Shown here: positions 19,494 to 29,290 of the stretch, in pieces
Position numbering within the stretch: position 1 is the stretch's first letter
Layout of the letters: each line of letters opens with the position of its first letter
IMG/VR virus record: IMGVR_UViG_3300036987_000332
Location: 1-60,853 of that record
Origin: a virus
Taxonomy: Duplodnaviria; Caudoviricetes
Direction: 5' to 3' (one strand)
Length of the DNA stretch: 60,853 nt
Translations under genes and position numbers: made by a program
Notes under the pieces: generated by a model
Database searches by the model: none
Seen by the model: the letters and a program-made list of their open reading frames with translations, nothing else
Told to the model about the DNA's origin: nothing

Positions 19494-20459
19494 TTAGAAC
19501 AGGAGGTGCGAGGCGATCGACAGCTTATCAGTGGCTACCTGACCTGCCCCGATCTTTGCGCCGATGACGGCTCCGTCGGCCAACTGTGTGCTGCCGATCG
19601 CACCTGTTGCAACCGCCGCTGTTGTAACAGCTCCTGATGCGAGTGCAGCGGATGTAACAGCACCTGACGCGAGTTTTCCTGACGTTACGGCGCTTGTCGC
19701 GATCTTTGTCTCCGTTACCGCGCTCGAGGCAATTTTCGTGTCGGTTACTGCATTGCTGGCTAGCTGTGTGCTGCCTACTGCACTCGAACCGATTTTAGCC
19801 GTAGTGACTGCCCCGGACCCGATCTTTGTCTCTGTTACGGCACCACTGGCAATATTGCCCGCCTGTACAGCGTCCGTTGCCAAGAGTCCGTTCGTAATCG
19901 CAGCGGAAGCGATCTTGGCTGTGGTGACTGCCCCGGACCCGATCTCACCCGAGCCGATCGTACCGTCCAGCAGGGTCGAACCATCGACCATGCGTCCTTC
20001 GCCGATCACCAACTGGTGCACACCGTCGTTATTGACGCAGATCAGGATATCGTCATCCGTGAGGGTCGGTTTGGTCGCAGAATTCTTGAACGTAGTCGGT
20101 GTCGTAGCCAGCGTCCAATACACATACTTCGCGGTGGTATTGCCGTTTGTGATCGTGTATTTGGTTCCCTTATACATAATGTTACAGTCCGCCCAGGCAA
20201 TGCTGCCTGCCGACGGCGAGTTGTCCGTGATGGTAAACCCGTCCAGCATGGGTCTCGACAGGTGCAGCATCTCGGATGTGACCCGATGTGGCAGCCCTGC
20301 TTGCAATAGCCCCATGTTCATCAGGCTGTCGATGCGGTAGGTGATGTCCAGAAGGACAGACTTGAACCCTTCTGTGAACGCACGGTTGACGGCCGATTCG
20401 ACGGTTCTTTCAATTACGGACTGGACCCGGTTGTTGGTTAGCTTGATTCGTTTTTTCAT
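19494..20459 (-). CDS. Tail fibre/stalk protein with decapeptide repeats
   Basis: Helical N-terminus, NSPSAG domain, (GAVTxxKIAS)n repeats, C-terminal HLLF. Confidence 0.75.
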   Translation of the reverse strand: MKKRIKLTNNRVQSVIERTVESAVNRAFTEGFKSVLLDITYRIDSLMNMGLLQAGLPHRVTSEMLHLSRPMLDGFTITDNSPSAGSIAWADCNIMYKGTKYTITNGNTTAKYVYWTLATTPTTFKNSATKPTLTDDDILICVNNDGVHQLVIGEGRMVDGSTLLDGTIGSGEIGSGAVTTAKIASAAITNGLLATDAVQAGNIASGAVTETKIGSGAVTTAKIGSSAVGSTQLASNAVTDTKIASSAVTETKIATSAVTSGKLASGAVTSAALASGAVTTAAVATGAIGSTQLADGAVIGAKIGAGQVATDKLSIASHLLF

Positions 20460-20474
20460 TTTATGGTTCCTCCT

Positions 20475-22250
20475 TTAAAATAACAGGTGTGTGGACCAGT
20501 TGACCTGGCTTTCCTTAATAGACCCATCAGCGATCTTCTCGGATGTGATGCTCCCGTTCATGAGGTGATCCGCGGTGATCGCTCCAACCGCTACCTTTTC
20601 TGCGGTGACAGCGCCGACGGATATCTTCTCAGTTGTGATTGCTCCATCGGCTATCCGCTGGCCGTTGATCGTGCCAACTGTCAGGTTATCCGCGTTCAGG
20701 TTGATGACATTGATACTCCCGGCATCGATCGTGCCCGCAGTGATCTTATTAGCGGTTAGGCCCACGATCTTGGCATCGGTGATGGATCCGTCCGCGATCT
20801 GGGCGGTTTCGACAGCGCTCGTCTCGATCAAGGCAGTAGTGATGGCACCAATGGCGATCTTGGCAGTGGTGATGGCCAGATCTGCGATCACGCCGCTTTC
20901 CGCAGTGATGGTGCCCGCTGCCAGTTTATCTGCGGTCAGGCTGTGCGCAGCGATGCGGTCTGCAGACAGTGTACCGGTGCTGATGAAATTAGCCACGATC
21001 TGGCCGTCCATGGTGATCGCTGTGGTGTATGGACCGCTATACCCGGTTGCTGAATAACTGAGTCCGCTTAGGTTCCAGCGCCAGACGCGGGTGGCCGTGT
21101 TGATGTCCGCCGTGTCCATGATCAGGATCTCGTATGGCTGGCTCTCTTCGTCATAGCGCAGAATGACATTCCCGTTCTCACCATTCATAACAAGCGCCGT
21201 CACCTGATCGATCGCCTCACTCAGTTCTGCCTTGGTGCTGCTGAGGATCTGACTGAGGTCCGCGATCTGCTTGGCATTAGTGCCGCTGTATTTGATCGGG
21301 CTATTGGAAAAGTCCGCCTTATTCTTTTCGGGGGTTAACGGGTACTCGACCAGGCGGACAATCCGCTGTATATCTGTGATCCGGTTTGTTTTATCGAAGA
21401 TCCTGACCCAATCGCCCAGCTGGAAATCCAAAATACTGTACTCTGGCCGGCTGCCGACAAGGTTTAGCACATCCACCCGAAACGCCACGCGTGGTCTACT
21501 CAGCACGTCCAGGACAGTCACCGCGTCATCGAAAAGCGCCTGAGCACTGGTATACCGCTCATCGATCCATTTGCGCTCGATAATCTTCCCTGTAAACTGC
21601 GTGTTGTCGATGTACGCCAGCCCGCCATTGACGGAAGCGATAGAAAGCCCGTCCTTGCCGTACGGGTAGAGCCTGGTTACCAGATCATAGGTGTCCGACT
21701 GGTAGTCGCTGTCCCTTAGGTTCAGTTCACTGTATACATACGCACCGCGATCCGTGCCGCGCTGGTTGTAAACCCTAATCGTCTTACTGAGGGTATCAAA
21801 CCAGACCTCCACGCCATACACAGCACAGCATTCCAGGATGATTTGATGTACTGAGACATTCGTCAGCTTCAAGGTCCGCAGCTTCGTGTTGGTGTCCACC
21901 AGCTGGTAGGTCCAGCCGGTTCCTGCGGTGATATCTGTAAGCACGGTGCTGATCGTAACCGAGCCGGATTCATACGTCAGGTATGCCTTACCACGCAGGC
22001 TGTCAACGTTCAGCTTGCCATAAACCTCATAGAAGTCCTTGTCACTAAAGTTGATTTCCTTGATCACATACTCATCTGTTTCAGACTGCAGGAAAAACTC
22101 CTGCTGCAGCTGCGAGCGCGGCAGCACGGACTTGGGCAGCTTGAACATGAGGAGCTTATCTGCAGTGGCCAGGTCCGATTCGATGGAGAGATCTTTGAAC
22201 TGGGTCAGGAGGGCAACCATCGCCCTGCTGCCATTTAATAGCTTGAGCAT
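20475..22250 (-). CDS. Tail spike/Tal (prophage endopeptidase-like) with C-terminal decapeptide repeats
   Basis: TRLYPYGKDGLSI, LGDWVRI, ILIMDT…VWRWNLSGL…AITMDGQIVA; repeats; C-terminal HLLF. Confidence 0.85.
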   Translation of the reverse strand: MLKLLNGSRAMVALLTQFKDLSIESDLATADKLLMFKLPKSVLPRSQLQQEFFLQSETDEYVIKEINFSDKDFYEVYGKLNVDSLRGKAYLTYESGSVTISTVLTDITAGTGWTYQLVDTNTKLRTLKLTNVSVHQIILECCAVYGVEVWFDTLSKTIRVYNQRGTDRGAYVYSELNLRDSDYQSDTYDLVTRLYPYGKDGLSIASVNGGLAYIDNTQFTGKIIERKWIDERYTSAQALFDDAVTVLDVLSRPRVAFRVDVLNLVGSRPEYSILDFQLGDWVRIFDKTNRITDIQRIVRLVEYPLTPEKNKADFSNSPIKYSGTNAKQIADLSQILSSTKAELSEAIDQVTALVMNGENGNVILRYDEESQPYEILIMDTADINTATRVWRWNLSGLSYSATGYSGPYTTAITMDGQIVANFISTGTLSADRIAAHSLTADKLAAGTITAESGVIADLAITTAKIAIGAITTALIETSAVETAQIADGSITDAKIVGLTANKITAGTIDAGSINVINLNADNLTVGTINGQRIADGAITTEKISVGAVTAEKVAVGAITADHLMNGSITSEKIADGSIKESQVNWSTHLLF

Positions 22251-22313
22251 GCTTGCCCCTCCTTATGTTTTTACGGTGTTTTTGACAAAGCAGTGTTAAT
22301 AAAACAAAGGATT

Positions 22314-22330
22314 TCAACCGACAGTTGACA
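22314..22330 (+). promoter_or_regulatory. Palindrome TCAAC-N5-GTTGA overlapping TTGACA (likely XRE operator and -35)
   Basis: Directly upstream of the XRE-methyltransferase moron. Confidence 0.5.
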
Positions 22331-22409
22331 TATCATCGAATAATTAAATTACAAATACATTGATTCTACTCCTTAATTCACTATAAAATAATACTTGGAG
22401 GGATTTGAT

Positions 22410-23537
22410 ATGATTGATAAAGTTGTAGTGGGCAATCGAATTGCGAAACTTCGTAAAGAACTTGGCTATTCCCAAGCTATTTTTGCTGGTAAGCTGAATG
22501 TTTCTACACAAGCTGTTTCAAAATGGGAAACAGGACTCGCTTTACCTGACATTGAAGTATTGCTTAACATTTCGTGGATTTCCAAATCTTCGATACACGC
22601 TATTCTAGATGGTGAGGATTTCATCGAACCTCAAATCGGCATTGACAGAGGATTATTGCATATTAGTAAATGTCTTGAATGTCCACAATGCCATGATAAA
22701 TTGAAAATGCATATTCCTATAAAACAGGATAAGCTGAAATTTTCATGCAATAACGGTCATAGCTATGATGTGGTAGATGGTGTTATTCATTTTGGTTCGC
22801 GCGAAATTAAAGGTGAGTTATGGTCTCTTTGGCTCAGAAACTATGAGCATTATCTGGAGGAGCAACACCACCCGGGAAATCCGCGATACTGGCAGGGTGA
22901 TCCTCATTACAGGGAGATAATGTGGCAGAGAATCGATAAAATTCGTCCGCGTATGATTCTTGATATTGCCTGCGGAACAGGTAGCGGTATTAAATACATT
23001 ATTGAACGCATTAACTGGCCAGTAACTATTATCATGACGGATTTAAGTCACAGAATATTAAAATGGAATCGAGTTTTCTATTCTAAAGAATGGAATAACC
23101 CATATGTTGATATGGTTTATTTAGCCTGTGATTGCGCGCACCTACCTTTGGCTGATAATTGTATTGATATTGTTTTTTCTAATGGCGGCTTTGAAAGTAT
23201 GCAGCATAAAATGATGGACGGCTTCTATGAAGGTTTCCGTGTCTTAAAATCTGGCGCACACGCCGTTTACAACATCAGTACAATTGACGACCATAATAGT
23301 GAGAACACAAAGAAATGGATTCAGCTTTTCACGAATCTTGACAACAGCTATCGTCCCGAAGAAGAAAATTTGTATAACATCAATCAGTGGTTATTAAAAT
23401 GCGAGAAGGCTGGTTATGGCAAGAATGAGGCTGTAAAAGTATACGGCGAACTGCCAGCTCCCACTGATGATATTTTTCCGTTTGAAAACGAAATCTTCCA
23501 ATGGATGGCAGAATACGTTATAGTGTCTCAAAAGTGA
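22410..23537 (+). CDS. XRE-HTH / Zn-ribbon / SAM methyltransferase fusion (moron)
   Basis: VSTQAVSKWETG HTH; CPQC…CNNGHSYD (RlmA-like Zn finger); LDIACGTG; RVLKSG. AT-rich and opposite to the tail genes. Confidence 0.85.
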   Translation: MIDKVVVGNRIAKLRKELGYSQAIFAGKLNVSTQAVSKWETGLALPDIEVLLNISWISKSSIHAILDGEDFIEPQIGIDRGLLHISKCLECPQCHDKLKMHIPIKQDKLKFSCNNGHSYDVVDGVIHFGSREIKGELWSLWLRNYEHYLEEQHHPGNPRYWQGDPHYREIMWQRIDKIRPRMILDIACGTGSGIKYIIERINWPVTIIMTDLSHRILKWNRVFYSKEWNNPYVDMVYLACDCAHLPLADNCIDIVFSNGGFESMQHKMMDGFYEGFRVLKSGAHAVYNISTIDDHNSENTKKWIQLFTNLDNSYRPEEENLYNINQWLLKCEKAGYGKNEAVKVYGELPAPTDDIFPFENEIFQWMAEYVIVSQK

Positions 23538-23630
23538 GATTATATTTTATATGCCTATTAGATTGCTTGAATTGGATTTAAAATACTGAATATTTTCACG
23601 TTTACCTCTTAACTTTCTCTAGCTGGTCTT

Positions 23631-24326
23631 TTAGTTAAAAATGGGATAATACTGGATCGTGATGTTGGCCGTCGTATGGCTAAAGATCAGTTCGGTTGTG
23701 CCAACAGGCAGTGCCGGCCAGGCAAAAGCGTTGTAGTTCCCTATATCGTTCACGTCATCTTTCAGGTAGCGGTAGAAGTACCCGTCGATCACATGCGGTT
23801 TATTGGCTGCAAGGTTATAAAGCCGGATTTCTGAGTTAAACCCCTGTATCACGAACTCTGAGATGGCCACGGTTGGTGTCACGGTGATCAGGCACGGCGA
23901 CGGCATGGCGCCAAGGCTAGTGATCGATTTCATGCCGATACCATTAGCGGTGATGATCACCTCGGGCAGGTAGGTCCTGTGACACAAAAGGTCAATCTCC
24001 AAAAGCCAGGCGCGAGCGGTCAGGCGTTTGGGCTCCGTCTTGCCTTTGAAGTGACAATCGTAGCGTTTGGGTAGGCCATCAAACACAAGTGTGCAGTCCA
24101 TGAGGGATCGGATCAGCGCTGAAAACTGGCTTTCTGTTTCAGCTTCCGAGGCTGCTTCCAGAAGGATCGTCAGCGTAATGTCCTTAAATCGCTGCTCTGT
24201 CCGCGAAAATACCGGGCTGGCTGCGCCGTCCAGCCAGTCGTATATCTGGACCACATCGTGGTTGGTGACCTGTTTGGATAGCAGCATCGCACCAAACACA
24301 GCAATATTGGTTCCGTTTATTGTCAT
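23631..24326 (-). CDS. Distal tail protein (Dit-like)
   Basis: Between TMP and Tal; size and C-terminal WPALPVG…I.YYPIF pattern fit. Confidence 0.75.
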   Translation of the reverse strand: MTINGTNIAVFGAMLLSKQVTNHDVVQIYDWLDGAASPVFSRTEQRFKDITLTILLEAASEAETESQFSALIRSLMDCTLVFDGLPKRYDCHFKGKTEPKRLTARAWLLEIDLLCHRTYLPEVIITANGIGMKSITSLGAMPSPCLITVTPTVAISEFVIQGFNSEIRLYNLAANKPHVIDGYFYRYLKDDVNDIGNYNAFAWPALPVGTTELIFSHTTANITIQYYPIFN

Positions 24327-24329
24327 GAA

Positions 24330-26858
24330 TCACACCCTCCTCACGGCCAGTTCCATCCTGTTCATAAAATATTCAATGTCGTCCCGGTCACGGAAGCTGT
24401 AATTGCCGTTCAGGTTGATCGTTGTGTTGTTGGCCACTGGCGCAGCTGCTTCATTTGCGCCATCCTTTTCAGATCCTATCGGCATTGTTTCCTGCCAGTT
24501 GAGCCCGGCGGTTGTGGACAAGTCCAGGTTGCCAAAAGCCGACATAGCGTCCGCTGTCAGCTGATTGACCGAACCCAGCACGCCCCGCGCTCCGTCCGTT
24601 ATACCCAGCGCCAGGCCCTGCGCGATGAAGTCGCCGAACCGCCTGGTCTCCTTGGACGGTGAGCCGATACCGAAAAATTTCCTTATAGCGCCTAGCACGT
24701 CTCCGGCAAAGCCCTTGATCTTATCCGTGAGCCAACTGAACTTGTCCCGGATGCCGGACCACAGCCCGGAGATCAGGTTTGCACCGATGTCCTTGATCCG
24801 GTAGAGCATATTCATAAAACCATTCTTCAATGAGTCCATGATCTGCGGGATCTTACTGACCAGCACAGGGATATTGGTTATCAGTGCGCCACCCAAGGCG
24901 ATGATGATCTGTAGCCCTGCATCGATGATCTTCGGCAGGTTTCTCATGATCGCCAGCACCAATTTTTCGATGATGACCGGGATCTTCTCCACCAGCCGCG
25001 GCAGCGCTTTGATCAGGCCCATCGCTACGGCAAGGATCAGCTCAATGCCGGCATCGAGCATGAGGTCGATGTTGTCCAGGAGCGTTTCCATGATCAGGAA
25101 TACTGCGTCAATAACGATCGGGATGAGCTGGGGTATGGTTTGCGTCAGGCCCTTGATCAGGCTGACCAGTAGCTGAATGCCGGCTCGGATGATGAGTGGC
25201 AGGTTAGCAATGATCGTATCCCCCAGCTGCTGGATCATGACCGGCAGCACAGCGATGAGCTGCGGAATGATCAGGTTCAAGCCGTCAAGTAGGCCCATGA
25301 ACAGTTGGACCCCGGCATCCACCAGAACAGGCAGCAGGATGGGAATCAGCGGGATGATGCTTGATACCAGCCCAGTCAAGCCGCCGAGCAGCGCCGGCAG
25401 CAGTGCGTTGATCAGCCCGGGCAGCGCCTCGCCTACGCTGGTGATCAGGGCAATCAGCACCGTATTGAACCCGTCAAGCAGGGTTGGTAGGGACAAAGCC
25501 AAAACATGAATGATGCCTGGCAGAACGTCTCTCACCTTGCCGCTGATCAGGCTGATCAGGTCCTCAAGGTTCTCCGAGAACTTGGTCGAAGCACCTTCTG
25601 TACCGGTCATGACCTCAGCCAGCCCAGTGAAGGTACCGGTCAGGGCCGGCATCGCTTCGTTGATGAGGCCGTTTAGGCCCTGTATGGTTGAGGTTACTGA
25701 TGGAAGTAGCGCCTGCCCGAACGATGAGGCGATGTTTTCCACCTGAAGCTTGGCAATACGCAGCTGATTGGCCAGCCCACCGGAGGTTGAAGCGAAGTCA
25801 CCCTGCACGTCCTTGGTCGCCTTGAGGATATAGTTGTAACGAAGAGTGGCCAGTTCCGCCTGTGACATGGACGCGATGGGTTTCTTGATCCCCTGCGCCA
25901 GTGCGAATGCTGCGAGGTTAGCCTGGCTCATGTTGATGCCCAGTTGCTTCAGCGGTTCCGTCTCTCCGGAAATACCGCTCCTTAGCTTATTGAACGCCTC
26001 TTCACCGTCCAGATTATAGAAGCTGGCCATGTCGCCGGCAAGACCGGTGAGGGTTGTGGACATATCCAAAACCGCATGATCCGTGAGGCCCGTTGATTTT
26101 AGCATGGCGCCCATGGTGCCGTTCATCTTCTTGGCGCTCAGTTCCGATAGCCCGAACGACACGGCCGCCTGTTTGGCCCAGACGTCGACCTTGGCAGCGC
26201 CGTCCTCACCAAAGGTCTTATTAACAACATTTTCCACTTCGCTCAAATCACTGGCCGTCTTGACACCCTTGATGCCAAACGCAGCCAGTGCCGTGCCGGC
26301 CGCACCAGCTGCCAGAGTATATAGCCCTAAGGCTTTCCCGGCACCCTGGACCGCGGTACCGACTACTTTAACACCGCCGACAGCCAGCTTGGCTGATGCT
26401 TCGCCGACTTTCTTGATGCCATTGGTGACAGGAGCTAGCTTGTCCAGCACGGCCTGGACCTTTTCCTTGACAGCAGTAAATGCGGTACCGATCACGGACA
26501 CGGACTTTTTTTCATCTTTCAGGCTGGACAGTTTGGTTTTGGTCGTTTCCAGCTCGCGCTGGAATGCGCGAAACTGCTCCGCGTCGATTGTGCCCGCGGC
26601 AAACTGTGCTTTCACCTGAGCCTGTGCTTTTTTCAAGGCGTCCAGTTTTTCCTTGGTCGCGGCGATTTCCTCTTTCAGGAGCTGGCTCTTCTGCGCAGTC
26701 AGCGTGATATTATTGGGATCCAGTTTCAGGCCCTTTTCCACCTGCTTTAGTTCGCTCTGCAGCCCCTTTGCAGTAGAATTAACGCTTTTTAAAGCCTTGT
26801 CGAGCGGCGCGGTATTTCCATTGATTTCGACCGTGATGCCCTTGATTCCTCTGGCCAT
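24330..26858 (-). CDS. Tail tape measure protein
   Basis: IKGITVEI.G.T..L.KAL, DMASFYN…EPLKQLGI, amphipathic repeats, FGIGSPSK; ATG at 26858. Confidence 0.92.
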   Translation of the reverse strand: MARGIKGITVEINGNTAPLDKALKSVNSTAKGLQSELKQVEKGLKLDPNNITLTAQKSQLLKEEIAATKEKLDALKKAQAQVKAQFAAGTIDAEQFRAFQRELETTKTKLSSLKDEKKSVSVIGTAFTAVKEKVQAVLDKLAPVTNGIKKVGEASAKLAVGGVKVVGTAVQGAGKALGLYTLAAGAAGTALAAFGIKGVKTASDLSEVENVVNKTFGEDGAAKVDVWAKQAAVSFGLSELSAKKMNGTMGAMLKSTGLTDHAVLDMSTTLTGLAGDMASFYNLDGEEAFNKLRSGISGETEPLKQLGINMSQANLAAFALAQGIKKPIASMSQAELATLRYNYILKATKDVQGDFASTSGGLANQLRIAKLQVENIASSFGQALLPSVTSTIQGLNGLINEAMPALTGTFTGLAEVMTGTEGASTKFSENLEDLISLISGKVRDVLPGIIHVLALSLPTLLDGFNTVLIALITSVGEALPGLINALLPALLGGLTGLVSSIIPLIPILLPVLVDAGVQLFMGLLDGLNLIIPQLIAVLPVMIQQLGDTIIANLPLIIRAGIQLLVSLIKGLTQTIPQLIPIVIDAVFLIMETLLDNIDLMLDAGIELILAVAMGLIKALPRLVEKIPVIIEKLVLAIMRNLPKIIDAGLQIIIALGGALITNIPVLVSKIPQIMDSLKNGFMNMLYRIKDIGANLISGLWSGIRDKFSWLTDKIKGFAGDVLGAIRKFFGIGSPSKETRRFGDFIAQGLALGITDGARGVLGSVNQLTADAMSAFGNLDLSTTAGLNWQETMPIGSEKDGANEAAAPVANNTTINLNGNYSFRDRDDIEYFMNRMELAVRRV

Positions 26859-26863
26859 ACCGC

Positions 26864-27148
26864 TCACCTCCTTTTGCGTCGGCCGTGCTTTTCACGAAGT
26901 GCCCCTCTATCCGGGGAGGTCTGGTCCATAATCCAGCACTGATCCAAGTATTTTCGGCCCTCTTCTGACTGCTCAAGCATAAACAAATAAGCATCCCGGC
27001 GCAGGGCCAGATACGCATCGAGGGGCAGATCACCGATTTCATGGAAATTCAGGCCTGTATGGTCATGGACCAGACGCTCCCACTCGGTCAGGCATCGGTA
27101 GTGTGACTGGGTTCCTGTGTCTGGGATGGAGGGGATTTGGCGTTTGGG
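26864..27148 (-). CDS. Tail assembly chaperone C-terminal part (gpGT-like), reached by -1 frameshift
   Basis: Open -1 frame with no RBS-linked start (…TEWERLVHDHTGLNFHEI…LRRDAY…EEGRKYLDQCW…PDRGALREK…) beginning at the slippery C CCA AAC (27148-27142). Confidence 0.8.
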   Translation of the reverse strand, partial: PKRQIPSIPDTGTQSHYRCLTEWERLVHDHTGLNFHEIGDLPLDAYLALRRDAYLFMLEQSEEGRKYLDQCWIMDQTSPDRGALREKHGRRKRR

Positions 27149-27459
27149 TCTGACACGACCCCGCTGATGAAGGCCATGTAGCCCTGAAAGAACGTCTGCA
27201 CATCCTCGATATCGAAGAGCTCAGCCAGGTAGTCGCTGGTAACCGGCTTGTGCTCGAGGTTATTCGAGAGCACTACCGCTATCAGGTCGTAAATGTCACC
27301 CAGCTGCCCGCCATCTTCCGTGGTCAGGCTGGTCAGATGGTCCTTTAGGCCAAGCAGTGCGTCAAACACGCGCTTAGTAGGCATGCGCACCCGGATCAGC
27401 TGGTTATCGATCAGGTTCACAGCCAGATAGCGCTTGGCAGATTTTGTAAAGTCCAGCAC
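27088..27459 (-). CDS. Tail assembly chaperone (gpG-like)
   Basis: Between major tail protein and TMP; ends just after the slippery site. Confidence 0.8.
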   Translation of the reverse strand: MLDFTKSAKRYLAVNLIDNQLIRVRMPTKRVFDALLGLKDHLTSLTTEDGGQLGDIYDLIAVVLSNNLEHKPVTSDYLAELFDIEDVQTFFQGYMAFISGVVSDPNAKSPPSQTQEPSHTTDA

Positions 27460-27470
27460 CGGTTACCCCC

Positions 27471-28292
27471 TTACGCCTTAGCCACAACCGTGGTCTTGCC
27501 GACGGCCTGACAGAGCATGCTTTCATCCACTTCGGCGATGGCGATATCATGACCGGTGGTAGCTGTGATCTCCGACACACCATCCCAAGCGGTCCAACCG
27601 GTTGACAGGTCGTCATTGAAAGCGGGGAGCGTGAGCGTCGCGCCGGTTTTGTACACATAAGTGCAGAGAAAATCGAGCAGCGGAACCACCGTGATCAGGG
27701 TCTTGCCGGTTGTGGTTCCAGCAACGGATGTGACGGTTAGGGTGACAAGCCCGGCGATGTCCTCTTCAAACAGCACGAGTGTGCCTTCGGAATCGTGCGG
27801 GATGGCGATGAACTCGGCGTCGATGACGGTTTCCTTGTCCTTGGCAAACGATAGGGCCAGCTCACCCTGGTTACCGCCGACAATGGTGACGCGCACATCG
27901 CCGTCTGTCGCATCCTCGTGGACAAACCGGACAATATAGCGTTTGCCGTCCTGGTTGCCGACACCGCCGATCTTGACGAGACGCTTTTGGGTCACACCGT
28001 TTTCCGTGACACGGGCTGTGGAAATGAGCCGTTTCAGGGTGTCGCCGTTCCAGGTCATGATGCCGCTCTTTAGAGACACCTCTTCTTTCGTGAGGATCTG
28101 CTTTTTCACGAGCCCCAGATCGTCCTCAGCAATATAGAATGACGGTTTATAGCTGAGGGTTGCACCGCCCTGGATGTAGCCGAGGAGGTTCCCAGCAGTT
28201 TCAATAATGTTATCGGCGGGTATGGCACCGCTGTACTCAGTGACGTACAACTTCCCGCTGCCCAAGATGATTTTTTCTCCGTTTGTTGACAT
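27471..28292 (-). CDS. Major tail protein with C-terminal extension domain
   Basis: IILGSGKLY, LGYIQGGATL, FAKDKETVIDAEF; position. Confidence 0.8.
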   Translation of the reverse strand: MSTNGEKIILGSGKLYVTEYSGAIPADNIIETAGNLLGYIQGGATLSYKPSFYIAEDDLGLVKKQILTKEEVSLKSGIMTWNGDTLKRLISTARVTENGVTQKRLVKIGGVGNQDGKRYIVRFVHEDATDGDVRVTIVGGNQGELALSFAKDKETVIDAEFIAIPHDSEGTLVLFEEDIAGLVTLTVTSVAGTTTGKTLITVVPLLDFLCTYVYKTGATLTLPAFNDDLSTGWTAWDGVSEITATTGHDIAIAEVDESMLCQAVGKTTVVAKA

Positions 28293-28297
28293 AGTCT

Positions 28298-28612
28298 CTA
28301 CTTCCTTTCTGTAATGGTAAATTCATAATTGGTCGAGAAAAACTTCTCGCTCTCGATCCAGTCGCGACTTCTTGTGTAACTCATCGGCATGTTATCCAGA
28401 AGGCGTTCGATCTTCGCTTCGTTTTCCAGATCGATATTTTCCGCATAGAACTCAATGCCGATGTTATGGGTGATGAGGTTATTTTTAAGGTCCGCGCCGC
28501 CTACCTCCACATCGTCCGTGTAGACGATCGCTGGCAGCGGCATGACACCCAGAAACCGCTGTTCGCGGACGGGCAGCCCGGCCTTCTGCAGTAAGGTCTT
28601 AACGTCCAGCAT
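28298..28612 (-). CDS. Tail terminator/completion protein
   Basis: GAD..N, WIESEK pattern; position. Confidence 0.7.
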   Translation of the reverse strand: MLDVKTLLQKAGLPVREQRFLGVMPLPAIVYTDDVEVGGADLKNNLITHNIGIEFYAENIDLENEAKIERLLDNMPMSYTRSRDWIESEKFFSTNYEFTITERK

Positions 28613-28988
28613 CCTGCACCGCCTTTTCCGTCAGCTCTGGCATACGTCGCTCTGCCAGCTGTTCACCAAAGATGATGTGCGGGAACGCACGCGTGCGGCC
28701 GCCGCCCCTAAGCGCATGACCGTGCTCCAAAAGATGCGTCAGGCGATAATGCGGGCTCTTGACATGCCAGACGCGGCTATGATTGTACCTGCTGCCGGTA
28801 TTGATCTTCTTAATGTGAAACGTCTTGACATACTTGCCCGAGCGCTGCCGGAACGTGACACGACGCTTGATCTCGTCATTGACCTCGGCCGCCACGGTCT
28901 CGACAGCCTCGCCTATCTTCTCTGAGATGGCATCTGAATAGGTCAGAAGTTCCTGCTCGATCGCAGCTGCCAGCCGGTTAACGTCCAT
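28599..28988 (-). CDS. HK97 gp10-like neck protein
   Basis: YRLTHLLEHGH…GGRTRAFPHI. Confidence 0.85.
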   Translation of the reverse strand: MDVNRLAAAIEQELLTYSDAISEKIGEAVETVAAEVNDEIKRRVTFRQRSGKYVKTFHIKKINTGSRYNHSRVWHVKSPHYRLTHLLEHGHALRGGGRTRAFPHIIFGEQLAERRMPELTEKAVQDAGR

Positions 28989-29289
28989 GGTGCATCACCG
29001 CCCTTAGCTTCAAGGACCTGTTCTGGTACATGAAATTATCAATGCTTTTCACATCGTAGATCTGGCTGCGAAACAGGATGCGCGTGGTTTGTGGGGCCAA
29101 ATTAGCCAAAACGGATGCATAGCGTACGATGAAATCTACGCTGTTCTGCGCTTGTTCGGCGGATGCCGCCCAGTACTCGCTGCCGGAGAGGCCATTGACC
29201 TGAGCTTGACACAGGACCAGGTCGGACCAGGCTTCGTTCGTGTCCATCACTTGGATGGTAATCTGGTGCCTCAGCTTTCCTGCTTCCAT
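28978..29289 (-). CDS. Head closure protein (SPP1 gp16-like)
   Basis: MEAGKLRHQITIQ…F.VRY…RILF…YDVKSID; the real start lies inside the longer track ORF. Confidence 0.85.
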   Translation of the reverse strand: MEAGKLRHQITIQVMDTNEAWSDLVLCQAQVNGLSGSEYWAASAEQAQNSVDFIVRYASVLANLAPQTTRILFRSQIYDVKSIDNFMYQNRSLKLRAVMHHGR

Positions 29290-29290
29290 G

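Noticed and set aside
18024-20459. Diversity-generating retroelement or invertible tail-fibre shufflon
   Set aside because: No reverse transcriptase, no TR/VR pair differing at adenines, and no inverted fibre cassettes. The repeats are protein-level decapeptides.
18024-22250. Stop-codon read-through fusing the three in-frame fibre genes
   Set aside because: All three share a frame, but each has its own RBS, the stops are TAA, and the second spacer contains two further TGA codons. Shared frame has a 1-in-9 chance.
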